Positions 12,017-12,605 of a DNA stretch of 12,605 nucleotides are shown piece after piece; position 1 is the stretch's first letter, and each line of letters opens with the position of its first letter. Under the pieces are notes generated by a model, which saw only the letters and a list, made by a program, of their open reading frames with translations, had not been told where the DNA came from and ran no database searches. Made by a program: the position numbers and the translations under genes. Location: the NCBI GenBank assembly GCA_026014495.1, contig JAOZIF010000128.1, positions 1 to 12,605 of the forward strand, read 5' to 3'. Source of the DNA: Candidatus Bathyarchaeum sp. (GTDB lineage Archaea; Thermoproteota; Bathyarchaeia; Bathyarchaeales; Bathyarchaeaceae).

Positions 12017-12605
12017 ATGACTCTAGAAATTGATTCTGAACTCAAAACATGTTTTCCAAACCTGAACGCTCTACTACTGCAAATTGATGGTGTTAACGTC
12101 CAGAAGAGAAACGACGAGCTAGAAGCCTACAAGCTCGAAGTAGCAAAACAAATCAAACAAGACTACGACCTAGAGTCAGTAAAAGACCACCCAACGTTCA
12201 GGGCTTACCGTGACTTCTTTTGGAGCATAAAAATAGACCCCACAAAAAACCGTCCAGCAGCAGAGGCATTGACCCGAAGAATACTTGCAGGAAAAACTCT
12301 TCCATGCATAAACACTCTTGTTGATGCCTACAACATAGCATCTATCAAAAGCAAAATTGCCCTAGCAACATTTGATGCAGACAAACTAAAAGGCGATATT
12401 CTCATGAGGTTCGCAAAAGAGGGTGAGCAAATCTTGGGAATTGGCATGGAAAAACCGCTGATTCTAAAAGGAGGCGAAATAGTTGTCTGTGACCAAGAAA
12501 AGCTAATAGCAGTTTATCCTTACAGGGACTCTGACAGCACCAAAGTAACACAGAAAACAAAAAACGTTACAATAGTAGTTTGCGGAGTTCCAGACATAAC
12601 TAAAG
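12017..12605 (+). CDS. Free-standing B3/B4 domain protein (PheRS beta editing domain-like), 3' end outside the window
   Basis: Absent from the ORF track (no stop in window). Hand translation from ATG 12017 is open to the window end: MTLEIDSELK...RAYRDFFWSIKIDPTKNRPAAEALTRRILAGKTLPCINTLVDAYNIAS...FDADKL...EGEQILGIG...GEIVVCD...YPYRDSDSTKVT, the typical B3/4 motif series. Confidence 0.88.
   Translation, partial: MTLEIDSELKTCFPNLNALLLQIDGVNVQKRNDELEAYKLEVAKQIKQDYDLESVKDHPTFRAYRDFFWSIKIDPTKNRPAAEALTRRILAGKTLPCINTLVDAYNIASIKSKIALATFDADKLKGDILMRFAKEGEQILGIGMEKPLILKGGEIVVCDQEKLIAVYPYRDSDSTKVTQKTKNVTIVVCGVPDITK

Noticed and set aside
12006-12020. Mini-ORF MTVK* with ATGA overlap onto the B3/4 start (ATGACT repeated at 12006 and 12017)
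   Set aside because: Only four codons, and probably upstream of the predicted transcription start. Cannot be distinguished from chance without TSS data.
1-12605. tRNA, rRNA, CRISPR array, transposase/integrase, or Sec/Pyl read-through
   Set aside because: No cloverleaf, regularly spaced repeat-spacer pattern or mobile-element protein was seen. All recognised genes read through without in-frame stops.

Overview
Archaeal chromosomal window, most consistent with Bathyarchaeia. This is inferred from the archaeal Cdh-type CODH/ACS genes, BRE/TATA-like promoters, frequent TTG starts and a methanogen-type thymidylate synthase. Minus strand: start of the Wood-Ljungdahl cdh operon (cdhA, cdhB, 5' end of cdhC) and a four-gene operon (DUF2178-like membrane protein, XRE HTH, ABC ATPase, large ABC permease). 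Plus strand: an AhbD/NirJ2-like radical SAM/SPASM enzyme with a long extra N-terminus, bacterial-type mgsA, a winged-helix regulator plus small membrane/coiled-coil protein, thyA, a membrane-anchored transglutaminase-like/Ig surface protein, and a free-standing B3/B4 protein cut by the window end. No RNA genes, CRISPR arrays or mobile elements were seen. Two signals stand out. First, a GTAA-N8-TTAC dyad recurs upstream of three separate envelope-related loci, a candidate envelope regulon. Second, the radical SAM enzyme is fused to a four-Cys V4R/MetOD1-like module, and its reading frame stays open 92 codons upstream of the first ATG, suggesting a leaderless non-canonical (ATT) start.
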